Assembly: GCF_964204645.1 (NCBI RefSeq)
Contig: NC_134032.1
Coordinates: 4,550,175-4,614,174, forward strand
DNA: 64,000 bases
Origin: Tubulanus polymorphus
Taxonomy: Eukaryota > Animalia > Nemertea
Reading direction: 5' to 3'
Under the pieces are notes generated by a model. The model was not told the DNA's origin. It saw only the letters and a program-made list of their open reading frames with translations, and made no database searches. Each line of letters begins with the position of its first letter. Positions within the stretch are counted from its first letter, which is position 1. The translations under genes were made by a program, and so were the position numbers. Positions 29,566 to 40,673 of the stretch are shown piece after piece.

Positions 29566-31926
29566 TCACTGGCCGATTTCGCGAATCAGGTGATAAACGA
29601 CAATGTAGTCGGCGCATTTAATGTCTGTGGCTTTGTCGCTCGACTGTATATAGCTAGATAAAGGCTCGTCGGACAGAATCTTGAAGCCTTGGCGCGAAAA
29701 CAGTTCAGTAAATTCTTCGACGAGCATCAGGGGCTCTGTCTCTTCGGTGCCATGGCCGAATTCGGTTTCGATAGAGACATGCGTTCCATTGATGAGTGAA
29801 AGGAACTTAACCAGACCCAAATCAAGGGCCTCCCCGTCATGCAGGATCTTGGCGATTTTGCTGTAGTTGTAAGAAATGATCAGGCAGTGGGCGCCCACTT
29901 CTATTATGTGGCTGAGGACGCTGAACATGATGTCTGCCTTGGCCGGCTCGAAGCAGTAGTGAAAGGCAAAGACTGAGATCATTGTGTTAAAGGTCTTGCC
30001 ATTCAGGTTTGTGACCATGCGATCCATGGATTCGGGCGATGTAAAGTCGCCGTGGAATAGGCAGAGTTTGTCAAACAATTGCTCTGCTTCAATGCTGCGG
30101 CCCTCGCACATGCGAATCAGGCCGTCGCCGAGGTCGAAGCGGGAGGAGTCCAGATTCAAATAGCTGAGGATGCGATCAGAGGACGACAAGATCGATTTAA
30201 AATAGCCGAGCTTGCCCCCTCCTACGTCGAAGATTTCCATGCCGGCGCGATCAGACAGAAACTGCTCAATGGCGCGATAGCAGAGTTGGCTAATATTGCG
30301 GCGTATGGGCGAGGAGGCCACCTGCCCGCTAAAAGACTGCTCTCGAAAGGACTCTGTTTTGCCAAAGATGTCGGGCCACGAGATCAGGGCCACCCCCACA
30401 TACGATGCCATGCAGGCGCGCAAGCTGTTTGGGTAGGGCTTTTCGGGGCGATCCCTGATGGCCGTCAGGAGGAGGCCGCGCTCGGTGTCTTCCAGAGTAA
30501 ACTCATAGATTTGCCCCTCCTTGAGATCGCCGATGTTGCTCTTAATGATGACTGGGCTGTTGATCTGCGACTTTGTGATTAAGTGAGAGGTTATGCAGGC
30601 CATGCTGTCTGAGACTTTGCTCGTCGCGTATGCCAGGCCATGCTGATAGAGCAAATCGATGCTATTGAGCTCAGGGGGCTTGTCCTTTAAAATGGTGTGC
30701 TTCAGGTACGGCTGGGGCTCTTTGCCATATGTCAGGATAGTGATGATTGTGCCATCCCGCGGCAGATCACTGCTTTCGCCCCATGCCACGCATTCTTTAT
30801 AATCGGGAAAATATCTTTTTTTGCTTAAGACGATGTTGGGCGACATGCTATGATAGTCTTCTGAGATATCGGCCTCGATGGCATTTTGGACGCTAATGGT
30901 GTTAATAGCATGCGCAGGGAGGATTGCAAAGACATGAAATCGGTAGGGGGGCTGGGCGCCGCTCACTACCTGCGTCGTGGGCAGGATCAGCTCTCCATGC
31001 AAGACTTGCGTGCAGCTGCCCAGCACTTTCAAAATCGCATCAGTCTTTGGCGCGCTCAAGTTCAGGCGCATGCGCGCAACGTCGCTGGGCCCTAAGATGA
31101 GGCTCTCCGAGAATAGATAGATGCCTGCGCGTTACACGATCACCATGGACTTGTGAGCGATGCTGGGAAACATGTAGGCATCGATGCCATCGACCTTTGT
31201 AGAAAACAGGATCTTGTGCTCCATGGACTGGATGTTGCGCCAATGTCGCGGCTCGATCGTCTTTGGCTTTACTTTTCCGAGGGCAGTGGATATCTTCTTT
31301 ATGTCTGGAAAGCGCTTGGAGGCGATGATGGCGCCTATTGCCTTTTGCATGCCCTCCTGAAATTGCATATAGGCATTTGGGGCAAATGCAAAGGGAAAAT
31401 AGCCAAAGAGGTGGTCGGGGTTGTCAGGGGCCAGTTCCATCTCGATGGCAGCCACGCAATAAATGGCCTTGCGCGGATTTCGCATTGAGCGCAGTTCCCA
31501 GAATTTCTTGTCAGGGGCCTGCACATCGATGTCGAGTTTGCCCTTGGCGATATTGATCTTCATGGTGTACTCTTCTGCATAAGTAATCTGAGGCAGCTGG
31601 CGAGGAATGATGACGCGATACACCACTGAGATGTCGCCTGAGATGTCTTTTGTGTTGCAGGGAATGGTTTCTTCAGTGGAGTGGTGATATCGGCATTCTC
31701 CGCAGCCATACAAAATGGTCTCTTTGCGCGTTTTAAGGTAAGAAATCGGCAGGGCGGACAAATCCAAAAAGCGATAGACGCGGCGCTGCTTCTTAGCGGG
31801 CATATAAATCCCAATCTCATAAAAATAGGTAGTGATTGCATCCTTTTCGGATAAAAAATATTCTTCTAGTTGCATGAAAGTGCCAAGTGAAACGGGCACG
31901 GATAGCTCATACTCTTCTCTACTCAT
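29566..31926 (-). CDS. mRNA capping enzyme (triphosphatase-guanylyltransferase-N7 MTase), interrupted by one in-frame TAA at 31132-31134
   Basis: EYEL and IEMEL (TPase); KVDG, LHGE, DGTI, NSIDL, RPEKPYPN (GTase/OB); DVGGGKLG, FAFHYCF (MTase); both ORFs are in the same frame. Confidence 0.88.
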
Positions 31927-33262
31927 TATGAAGAAGAATGCTGGGATACTTTATGTATGGATGGCGCAGGGATCCAGTTGGGGTAAAGCCGTGGTGCTCA
32001 ATAGTTACAGACCGAAAGATATCAGGGATTGTCTTTGTCTCTGTTAAAATGGCTATTAAGTGTAAAATGTGCTCAGCAGTGCCTGCGACTTTGGCGCGCA
32101 CCATATTATGGACCCCCTCTGCCTCGCATATCAAAATTACGCCCTTTTTATCGGCAGAGATCTCAAACTCGGAGGCCACGCCTTTGGTTTGGAATGTGAA
32201 TTTATGCTTATAAATGGGCCGCATGTTATTCAGGCTCCACTGCTTATCCCACAGTACAATGCCCTCGATGCTCGACATATCATGGCGCTGATTAATCTTT
32301 TCTGTGATGTCCTCCAGCGATGAAAGATCGATCTTAATGGCAGTCTTGAGATTTGGATATGAGCGCACGTCGAATGCCTTTATCAGTTTAAGCATTTCCT
32401 CATAAGTCCTATTGGGCTCTGCTGGGGATACAAAGTTAAACCACCCAAAGTTGATGCAGTCGTAGTGTTTGGAGAAGAGGCTGCTACAAATACGACTTGG
32501 CTGGACGCCTTCTTGGAACGCTTCGAACTCAAGAATGATAGGAGTACCTGTGCAGACAGCCGCGAATTCCATGATAGGCACAAGCTGCGGGGGGCAAGGC
32601 AGCTCCAAACCTCTGCGAGTATAGCACTTGGCTTCCAGTGTCTGAGTGTCTTGCTTTATCCGCTCAACTACACACACAAGGCGCAGGCCATCCCATTTGA
32701 TCTCGCCGATATATTTGCTCAGGTCTAGGTTTGGGGCATTTTCGAGCTTATAGGGTGAGCAAGGGTAGTACTGATGGAGGGCGCCCTCGTGCCAATAGCT
32801 AATCACGCGCATGCGGTTTAGGAGCGATGTGCCCATAGTGCGGAGAATGGCGTGAATGGTCGTGGGGTGATGCCCTGGGTGGTCTACGATTGAGGGCCCA
32901 AAGAGCTGCGCTGATGTAGTAGTCAAATTCAGAATAAGGGAATAATTAATAATCGTGTAGCTGCCTCTGATCCTTGTGCCTGGAGCGAAAGTCAGGTCGA
33001 TGCTGCAATAATTCACATGATAAAAGCAGATTTCATTGCCTGTTTTGCGCGCAGCGGTCGCCGGACCAATGAGCACGGCCCATTTGCACTCACTGACCTC
33101 GTGGCCTTTGGGCAAAATCGCATCCGAAAAAAGGGCGCTTTGGGCAGGATCGATGATGCTTAGCATTTGCGCGATATCGGAGGCGATCTGATAAGCGCCA
33201 CTCATCCGCTTAAAAAAATGAATAGGCATCTCGTTGACTTTGCTCGATTTAACATGCTCCAT
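31919..33262 (-). CDS. ATP-dependent DNA ligase
   Basis: EIKWDGLR, YTRRG, EGIVL, YKHK, HGFTPTGSLRHP. Confidence 0.9.
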   Translation of the reverse strand: MEHVKSSKVNEMPIHFFKRMSGAYQIASDIAQMLSIIDPAQSALFSDAILPKGHEVSECKWAVLIGPATAARKTGNEICFYHVNYCSIDLTFAPGTRIRGSYTIINYSLILNLTTTSAQLFGPSIVDHPGHHPTTIHAILRTMGTSLLNRMRVISYWHEGALHQYYPCSPYKLENAPNLDLSKYIGEIKWDGLRLVCVVERIKQDTQTLEAKCYTRRGLELPCPPQLVPIMEFAAVCTGTPIILEFEAFQEGVQPSRICSSLFSKHYDCINFGWFNFVSPAEPNRTYEEMLKLIKAFDVRSYPNLKTAIKIDLSSLEDITEKINQRHDMSSIEGIVLWDKQWSLNNMRPIYKHKFTFQTKGVASEFEISADKKGVILICEAEGVHNMVRAKVAGTAEHILHLIAILTETKTIPDIFRSVTIEHHGFTPTGSLRHPYIKYPSILLHNE

Positions 33263-33965
33263 CGCAGATAGCTCTGTGACTAGAAGATTCTAATAAAATA
33301 GACATAATAAGATTAAATTTTGTATCAGAGAGGGTCAGGGGGAAGCATTTAATAAATATCAAAATCTCTTTGTCCAGCACGCACGGGAACATGCCTAAAT
33401 CGCACAGCAATTTAATCAAAGTGAAGACGCCAGGGATATTAAAGCTCAGGGCCTGATAATGCAAAAGAAGCGAGCAGCCGCTCAGGTAGATATTGCGCAA
33501 AATGCCGATGCGCTCCTTGGTCAGATAAAACATGCGATTGTACATACAAGAGAAGTAGAGGAGATTGGCGCCATAGTCCTTGATGTGTAAATCGGCGAAT
33601 TCTTTTTTTAGAAGCGCATGGGGATCAGAATGGTGGCACTGCAGAATGGCCCGGCAGCGGGCTTCTATGTTGTCGCGCTTGCCTGGCAAAGACATCAGGA
33701 GTTCCATGTATTTGGCGGTCTCAATTTCTTCTTCAAATTTCATTTCATAAGTCGTGGTGGTGATGTTCCCCCCTCTGTGCCTATAATTGTTCCTGCGCGA
33801 AAACTGCTGATCGCGCTGACAATACGGGGAGGTATACATCGGTGGGTGGCCTAGCATAATTAGTTGCCTATCCAAAATCATGGCATCAGTGATCGAGTTC
33901 CCTTTGGCCTGCGTTTCAAAAAATTGATAAATCCCGATAGGGCTCTCAAAAATTTTATTCTCCAT
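33249..33965 (-). CDS. possible late transcription factor VLTF3-like
   Basis: C-terminal FTLIKLLCDLG..CFPLTLSD..IC pattern resembles VLTF3; weak. Confidence 0.35.
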   Translation of the reverse strand: MENKIFESPIGIYQFFETQAKGNSITDAMILDRQLIMLGHPPMYTSPYCQRDQQFSRRNNYRHRGGNITTTTYEMKFEEEIETAKYMELLMSLPGKRDNIEARCRAILQCHHSDPHALLKKEFADLHIKDYGANLLYFSCMYNRMFYLTKERIGILRNIYLSGCSLLLHYQALSFNIPGVFTLIKLLCDLGMFPCVLDKEILIFIKCFPLTLSDTKFNLIMSILLESSSHRAICDGAC

Positions 33966-33975
33966 AGTGATCAAG

Positions 33976-34890
33976 ATGTCTACTTCTAAAGAAATCGCTA
34001 CACAAATTTTGAAGAAGTGCCCAGTCCCTCTTACCCCCAAAATAATCGATGAATATTCAAACAATGCCCAAATAAAAGATAAGGTCTTAGACATAGACCT
34101 GCGCAGCCTTTGCGCTCTTTACCCAGAGATCCGAACAGATGCGGTATGGTGCAAGTGGATGGATGATGTCCAAGAGTTCTTGCTTCCTGAATGCGCGCAC
34201 ATTGATTCAGAAACAGGCAATGTGACATTCGAGTCGACTAGGGCGATGGGCGACCTGTGCGCGAGCCTGCAGCGCTCCCTAGAGAAGTCAGCGACCTTTC
34301 AACCCATTTGCGCAGATGCCATTTCCCACAATTCGGCGCATGAAAACGCCTGCCTAAGCGAGTTGCTCGCAGAACCCGAGGGCGAAACACCCGCCAAGCT
34401 CGCAGCCGGCCTCCATCAACTGGATGGGCATCTCATGGGCCTGACCACGGAGCTGCTTTCCCATAGCGCCGACAAAACGCAGGCAGCACTCCCCGCTCTG
34501 CCGCTTCCACTGGCGCCCTCGCCCCCGACCTCTCAGGCCGCCTCTAAAGAAACCCCTGCGGCGCCCCCATTTGGAGTCTTTGCCTTTTCGCGCGGCGATG
34601 CTTCAGAGTATTCTCCCTTTTTGCTGGCCATGGTCAAGGTGATCGGCGCGCGCTGCCGGGCCTCTGTTCTCGACAACAGCATAAGCAAATCGAGCGCCAA
34701 TGTCTTCTTGAGCATGCTGATGTCATATGCAGAAATCGAAATCAGCGACGGCACCAACGCCGATATCAATGATACTTACAACCTCTTTGCGCCCGAAGAA
34801 GAGGCCCCCGACGCCAGCCTAAGCATGAAGACAACAAAGGGGTCTGCACCATCACCAAGGGCCCAAAGCGCCCCAAGCCCCCAGTGCTAG
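33976..34890 (+). CDS. hypothetical protein (possibly the N-part of a frameshifted ~900-aa gene)
   Basis: ORF; overlaps an open alternative frame leading into the next ORF. Confidence 0.65.
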   Translation: MSTSKEIATQILKKCPVPLTPKIIDEYSNNAQIKDKVLDIDLRSLCALYPEIRTDAVWCKWMDDVQEFLLPECAHIDSETGNVTFESTRAMGDLCASLQRSLEKSATFQPICADAISHNSAHENACLSELLAEPEGETPAKLAAGLHQLDGHLMGLTTELLSHSADKTQAALPALPLPLAPSPPTSQAASKETPAAPPFGVFAFSRGDASEYSPFLLAMVKVIGARCRASVLDNSISKSSANVFLSMLMSYAEIEISDGTNADINDTYNLFAPEEEAPDASLSMKTTKGSAPSPRAQSAPSPQC

Positions 34891-36683
34891 TCAAGACAGG
34901 GATGTCGTTAGAAAAGGAGACCCTGGCTACTCTTAGGGCCGTGGCCATTAAGACGCGTCGCACTAGCCCTATGATGATACAATACTTTGGCGAATATAGC
35001 GCAGATGAGGAAGTCCCTGCTGCGCTTTTAAAGGGCGACTATGAAGTCTTAAAGATAGAACAGGGATGTAGCATGGCCCTGCCCATGTATTTGCCCCCTG
35101 TGCTCGTGGCCGGGCGGCTGCCCACTTTGGGCGATTATCAGCGGGGGCAGATCATTCAAGAGATCCTGTCCGAGGCAGTGCGTCTGCTCGAGACCTTTGT
35201 AGATAACGCCATTTCGAATGTGGTGGTAATTGCGCGGCTTCCTCAGGCGCTGAGCATGATCTGCAGCGAAATGTACACAAAGGTGGAAGCAGAGATGAGG
35301 GGGCGCGAGCAGTCTCCTTATTTGCAATCAATCCTCAGCGACTATTATCGCACTGTGTCTGCTTTGTCATTGCGCCGAATTCGCGCTGTGTTTGCCTCGT
35401 GTGCTGCCTTAAGTATAGAAAACACGGAAATGGCCCTTACGATGAAGATCTCTTATGAGTGGCTGTGCGGTACGGCGGTCGGGCTGGTCTTTAGTAAGAA
35501 ATCTTACCAAAGGGAAATGGGCGTGCAGCCTCATGAGCTCATCACAGAGCGCGACTTAGGCGAGTTTATGGCTTTCTTGGGGCTGTATACAAAAGAGGAA
35601 GCCAGGCGCCGCTCTATCTTTGAGTGTAATCACCTGATGCCGTCGCACAAAAGCAGCTGTTCGATGCTCACTTATACCAAGGCCCTAGAAGAGTGGGCAG
35701 CGCGCTCTGTGTGCAGCCGCTTTGGAGACCAATACCTGGAAAGGGCGATCAAGAATGTCGGCGACCCCGAAAAGCGCCTTTTGGCCATTAAGTGTTATAA
35801 TGAGATTATGCACTTAGTGTCAGGCGACGCCACCAGCCGCATTATCTCTTCTGATCGCGTAATCAATGAAATGCGCCATCTGCCCATCGACGTCACAAAT
35901 CGCACAGAGATCAATGCATTTATCATCGTCTTGCAAAAAATAAAAGAAGACATCGCGATGAAGACTACAAAACTGGTGGGCTGCCAGGATCATAGAAGCA
36001 TGGATTTGCATATGCAAGAGATGTCCTCAATGATATTAAGCACCATTAACAAGGCCTGCACCGAAGAAATGCCAAATTACTTCTTTGAGTCAGCCTCGAC
36101 ATTTGAGTTCTTTTTGCGCTTTGTGCTGGAGCGCAGCGATCCCTTTAAGGCGCGCGCGGGCCAGAGCTCCCAAAAGTCATTTGCGGTGTTTATGTCAGCG
36201 CTGGTGCAAAAAGAGCTCATGGCTATGATAATGCATGCCTTTTTGCCGCACAAACATTCTACAAAGATTACGCACATGCTCACAAAGATCATATTGCTGA
36301 GCTATCTGTCAGAGGAGCCCACCTCGCTGGTAGAATACATAGAAGCAGGAATCTACAAATACGTGATTACGCATAGCACCTCGTTGCGCGCCTTTTTGCC
36401 CCCCTCTGCCCAAGAAAAAGAAAAAGAGAAGAGGGCGGCTACCGAGGGGCATGGCCTTCAGCAGCGCGTTGAGGACGATTCCATGCGCATTTCGGCGTTT
36501 GTAGAGGAGCTCGTGGGGCATACGCTGCTGCTCGAAGATGAAATCCAAAACACAAATGCTATGAACCACCTGCTCAATCGCGTCAAGGCGGGCGGCTACA
36601 CTCATGCCCCCAAAGAATCTGCGCAGGGCCCTGCCCAAACTGAGCCCTCGCCAGCGCAGCAGAGTCCGCATGGGGGCCTGTGA
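34884..36683 (+). CDS. hypothetical helical protein (possibly the C-part)
   Basis: 599-aa ORF; its frame is open from 34773. Confidence 0.75.
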   Translation: MLVKTGMSLEKETLATLRAVAIKTRRTSPMMIQYFGEYSADEEVPAALLKGDYEVLKIEQGCSMALPMYLPPVLVAGRLPTLGDYQRGQIIQEILSEAVRLLETFVDNAISNVVVIARLPQALSMICSEMYTKVEAEMRGREQSPYLQSILSDYYRTVSALSLRRIRAVFASCAALSIENTEMALTMKISYEWLCGTAVGLVFSKKSYQREMGVQPHELITERDLGEFMAFLGLYTKEEARRRSIFECNHLMPSHKSSCSMLTYTKALEEWAARSVCSRFGDQYLERAIKNVGDPEKRLLAIKCYNEIMHLVSGDATSRIISSDRVINEMRHLPIDVTNRTEINAFIIVLQKIKEDIAMKTTKLVGCQDHRSMDLHMQEMSSMILSTINKACTEEMPNYFFESASTFEFFLRFVLERSDPFKARAGQSSQKSFAVFMSALVQKELMAMIMHAFLPHKHSTKITHMLTKIILLSYLSEEPTSLVEYIEAGIYKYVITHSTSLRAFLPPSAQEKEKEKRAATEGHGLQQRVEDDSMRISAFVEELVGHTLLLEDEIQNTNAMNHLLNRVKAGGYTHAPKESAQGPAQTEPSPAQQSPHGGL

Positions 36684-36779
36684 TTTGCGCGCAAAGGCAA
36701 AAAAAAAATAATCTAAAAGCGCGCAAAGGCGCCTAGTACAGATCTTTTTTTTTTTGCCGACAAAAAAAGGAGGGGGCCC

Positions 36780-37713
36780 TTATGCCGGCGCCTGAGGACG
36801 CGCGGCCATGCGGGCTCGCATCTCTTGGCCGCCCGCTAAGACCTCAGTCAGCGCAGTGTGCAGGCGCCTTTTAAGCAAGGGGTTGCTTTTGTATTGGTAG
36901 CAAATGCCATTCGAGATGAGGCCCCTGACGGTCAGGTTGGCCTCAGGAGGGGCAGAGTCTGTATCAGTTCGATTGGGGCCGGTGCCGACCTCTTTGCCTA
37001 AAAAGGCCTTTTGCGCCTTTCTAATGTAGTCGCGCCCGCACTCGGTCAAATACAGGACTGGCTCGCCGATTAGTTTGAAGCCCTTGTGCATGTGGGTGAA
37101 CTGCTCGGAGTTTGTCGCTAGATAAAAAATCAGAGTAAAAATACATGACAAATTCGGCGATGATTTTGCTGGGGCTGTTTAGGTTTTTGTATGTCTCCAC
37201 AGAGCGCGAGAGGTAGACGACATGGAGCTCCTGATAGAAACAATAGGAAAACTTAATGAACATCATAGAAAACTCCATTTGGCAGATATAGGCAAATGGG
37301 ATGCGCCTAGGCGAGCTGGACAGGGGGCGCATGGGGGTTTTGTATTCGACCATGACCATGTTTCGATTATAATCAATGCAGACGCCATCGGGCGAAAAAT
37401 GCACATGGTCCCCGCCTTTGTAAATGCCCACTTCATGGAGCCTTGTGCAGAGGATGCGCTCGGCGATTTCTTGGTGCAGGGGCTCGAACACAGTGCCATG
37501 GGACATTGGATAGTTGGAGCGCGGCGCTGGCCAGCTTTGGCCCGCAATGCGTTTTATCATGTCTTCTTTAGTGTATGTGCGATGCTTGTTTAGGAGGGCG
37601 GCTGATGTAGAGGCTCCAATTGAAAACTTGCGCAGGTTGTGCCACTCGGCGGATCTCTGCTCACACGTCAAAAATTTATTACATAGATAGGCCTCTGCTT
37701 GTTTAGCATTCAT
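36780..37713 (-). CDS. YqaJ-like lambda exonuclease/recombinase (D345L-like), apparently frameshifted near 37124-37129
   Basis: QRSAEWHNLR, IGAS, HGTVFEP, FSPDG, VEYKTP, YICQM; the C-terminal part lies in the +1 frame. Confidence 0.85.
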
Positions 37714-38455
37714 GATGTATCAGTACAGGTACTCAGTGGAGGTCCATCTAGCTGCTTATATGGTGCCGCTGTCCTCGATAGGGCATACAGTGATAGAGGG
37801 AATCATGCAGCAGATCGACGATAATATGGAGTTGTTGGAATCTACGGGCGTGCTCGATCAGGGCGCTATTCACGATCCTGTGAAATTTGATATTTTTATC
37901 AGCTTCACAATGCTACAATTCGCTATAAAACATTTACTCACTTTTGGGGGCACTATCCCTATGCCCTACGATGACATGATAGCAGTAGCCGTGGGGAACG
38001 TGCAGAACTCCTGCGATGGAAAGGGGACTCCGCCCCTAATACTTTTATATCTAAAAATGATGTGCAATCTCAAAGCAAGGCTAGGGCGCCACCACCTGCG
38101 CTTTTCTTTCAACAACTGGCACAGGCCAGGGACAGACTATCTCGCCGAATATAAAGAGATGCCTGCGCTGATCGCGCTCATTTTGAAGTCCCAATTAGTT
38201 TGCAACATCGTCCTATTATATTCGCCAGCCCAAGGGAGAATTGCACTGGATCTGCTGTCTAATGAGGAAATGTACATCAATGAAGCTATGCGGGGCATCG
38301 CCATCTTTTTGTTACATCAGAATATAGAAGCTGGGCGATTTCCGCAGAGGCTGCAGGAGGCTTCTTTGGCTAATGTGAAGCACTGGCCGCGGCACCTCAT
38401 AAATGAAAAATGGGCCTATCTTCAAGGGGTCTTTCACATCATGCCCTTTGCGTAA
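37712..38455 (+). CDS. hypothetical protein, possibly TBP-like (B263R-like)
   Basis: LKMMCNLKARL and QGRIAL resemble TBP-fold strands; weak. Confidence 0.35.
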   Translation: MMYQYRYSVEVHLAAYMVPLSSIGHTVIEGIMQQIDDNMELLESTGVLDQGAIHDPVKFDIFISFTMLQFAIKHLLTFGGTIPMPYDDMIAVAVGNVQNSCDGKGTPPLILLYLKMMCNLKARLGRHHLRFSFNNWHRPGTDYLAEYKEMPALIALILKSQLVCNIVLLYSPAQGRIALDLLSNEEMYINEAMRGIAIFLLHQNIEAGRFPQRLQEASLANVKHWPRHLINEKWAYLQGVFHIMPFA

Positions 38456-38515
38456 ATTGCTCTTTATGCCCAGCGCCGCGCAAAGAAAAAAAAACATACT
38501 ATCTTTTTTTTGCAC

Positions 38516-40624
38516 TCAGAGCTCGCCCTCAGAGTCGTCGCCATACTCTCCTGCCGTATCGTCTATATGCTCGGCCTCGGCGGCAGGATCGCTTTCTCTT
38601 TCTAGGTCCGGTGCGCCCATTTCTGAGTTGCCGCTCTCCATGTCATCTTCGATTATGTCGAGGGCGCTGTCATCCTCCTCTGTTTGCTTGAAAAAGTCAT
38701 TAGAGTCTGTCAGCTTAATCTCTGTGATGTGAAAGTACTCGACATGATTCAGCAACGTATGCCTAATGGCGCCTGAGTCAGGGCTGCTAAGGCGCAGAGA
38801 GGCCGCGATCTTTACTAAATCTAGCAGCGCATCGATCATGGAGGTCGCGCAGTTTTCGTGAAGCATGCCCGGATTGATGCTGCTCCCGTCGCAGATTCTA
38901 TCCATAAATGCTTTGGTTACTTTGTATTTCTCAAAGAGCGCGCCGGGCACCTGATATTTATAGATGATCGTGCGGATGAAAATAGCAATCTTTTGGCAAA
39001 TGCGAATGGCAGCCGCTGGCTTTTTCTTATAGTTTTGGAAGTATTCTGGATTCATATAAATGTTGCAGAATTTCAGGAAGTGGCTGTTGCTGGGCTTGAT
39101 CTTCATCGGCTCATACAATGTATTTGTCTCTTTGCTCTTGATGGCAGGGATGACATTGTCAATCTGGTGATAGAACACCTGCACAGTCAGATTGTTTTTT
39201 TTCATTTCGGTGTGCGCCTCCTGAAAGGACTTATGTAGAGAAAAGCCGCACTGCTCGCACTCGTCGCCCACAAAGCGATGCTGCAGGCCGCTGATACAGA
39301 AGTTCTTATTAATTTCGATGTATTCCCAGACCCTTTGATATGTCTCCTCATCGATGCCCTGCGCCTCAGCGGTCGCGCGCGGCTTGTGGCACTGCATGCA
39401 TTGGCCCTCATAAAAAATGTGCACATGACCATCAGGGTCTATTATGGGCTTGAGCTGCTGAAACTCAGGGGTGTCTGTATCATGGAGGTTAAAGGGCAAA
39501 ATATTAATGGCCAGGTAGTTCATCATGGCGCAAATGGGGGTCCTGCGCGAAATCTTTTCATACTTGCTGTCAAAGGCCGCGGGCTTCTGCTTTGAGACCA
39601 TAGACAAAATGTGCAGCAGGTAGTTTAGGTAGCGCTTGGCGTGGCGCTGCTCAGGGAGGATTTCTTGCTCAATGATGGCCAGGGTCTCTCTGATCACATC
39701 GGCCTCTGTGCCAAGGAGGTCCACGATAAATTCTTCTTTGGCGATGCGGGAGTAGATCTCTTTAATGGCGCCGGGCATGTCCTCAGACTCGATTTTCAGA
39801 AAGCGCAGGCCGTTCTCCATGTTATAGTAGCAATGAAAGTAGACAAGCAGGGCCATCGAATATTTCATAATGTGGCGCACAATCGTAGAATAAAAGGCTG
39901 CCTGCGACGGGATTACGACCATCCAGCGCGACAGCACTAAGTCGATTATAGGTTCTCGCGCCATCGTGTGTATTGTCATGCCTTTAAAGATCGCTTCATT
40001 GATGAGCATCACCAAATAGGTCAGGGGCAAGTGAATCCGCGCGCGCATTTTTTCGAGATTGTCGTAGCCCTCGTAGTTAATAATGAGAGTGTTTAGAATG
40101 GTGCCCTCTTTATTTGGCGGAGAAACATCAAAGAGCGCATCACAATGTAAGCACCGCAGCTGCGTGTCCTTATCGGATATCAGAATGTATTGAAACTCAT
40201 CGTAAAATGTTTCGGGCCCATAGCCGGGCGGCTTGTCTGACAGCTCAATAAGGGCGGCCGTGTGCGCGCAGCCGATGCTCTCTTTGCAAACAGTGCAGTA
40301 GCTATCGCCCTCCTTAGCGATAATGAGGCCAGGCGGCACCGACGAAAATAGGGCATGCTGCGAAATGATCTCTTCGACGATTTTAAAATGGGGGCAGCGC
40401 TCGGATGCAATAGATTCCTGCGTCATTTCCGCCGAGGCGGTCTCAAGGCAGGGGCTTTCCATCTCTTGTACTAAATCAGCTAAAGATAAATTTCTGTGCA
40501 TGTAGACTTCTTCTTTAATGCTATTTGCGTTTCGGATCTGCTCTTCTGGAAAGGCCAATTTGGCATTTTGGTGTTTGTAGACATTGGATATTCGCGCGCG
40601 GGACTTAGGTTTTAAGTCTGCCAT
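38516..40624 (-). CDS. multi-zinc-finger protein with acidic tail (possibly M1249L-like)
   Basis: CPH, CTVC, CAH, CLHC, HxH..CMQC, C..H..CEQC; D/E-rich C-terminus. Confidence 0.5.
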   Translation of the reverse strand: MADLKPKSRARISNVYKHQNAKLAFPEEQIRNANSIKEEVYMHRNLSLADLVQEMESPCLETASAEMTQESIASERCPHFKIVEEIISQHALFSSVPPGLIIAKEGDSYCTVCKESIGCAHTAALIELSDKPPGYGPETFYDEFQYILISDKDTQLRCLHCDALFDVSPPNKEGTILNTLIINYEGYDNLEKMRARIHLPLTYLVMLINEAIFKGMTIHTMAREPIIDLVLSRWMVVIPSQAAFYSTIVRHIMKYSMALLVYFHCYYNMENGLRFLKIESEDMPGAIKEIYSRIAKEEFIVDLLGTEADVIRETLAIIEQEILPEQRHAKRYLNYLLHILSMVSKQKPAAFDSKYEKISRRTPICAMMNYLAINILPFNLHDTDTPEFQQLKPIIDPDGHVHIFYEGQCMQCHKPRATAEAQGIDEETYQRVWEYIEINKNFCISGLQHRFVGDECEQCGFSLHKSFQEAHTEMKKNNLTVQVFYHQIDNVIPAIKSKETNTLYEPMKIKPSNSHFLKFCNIYMNPEYFQNYKKKPAAAIRICQKIAIFIRTIIYKYQVPGALFEKYKVTKAFMDRICDGSSINPGMLHENCATSMIDALLDLVKIAASLRLSSPDSGAIRHTLLNHVEYFHITEIKLTDSNDFFKQTEEDDSALDIIEDDMESGNSEMGAPDLERESDPAAEAEHIDDTAGEYGDDSEGEL

Positions 40625-40673
40625 GTTTTTCTTTTATTTAGTAGGGCCACTGTAACAAAGGGCAGAATCTAAA

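Noticed and set aside
29566-31926. Genome-wide TAA reassignment
   Set aside because: Many genes, including RPB1 and the ligase, end at TAA at the expected position
37118-37144. 27-nt GT-AG mini-intron in YqaJ
   Set aside because: Its length is a multiple of 3, so it would not join the two frames
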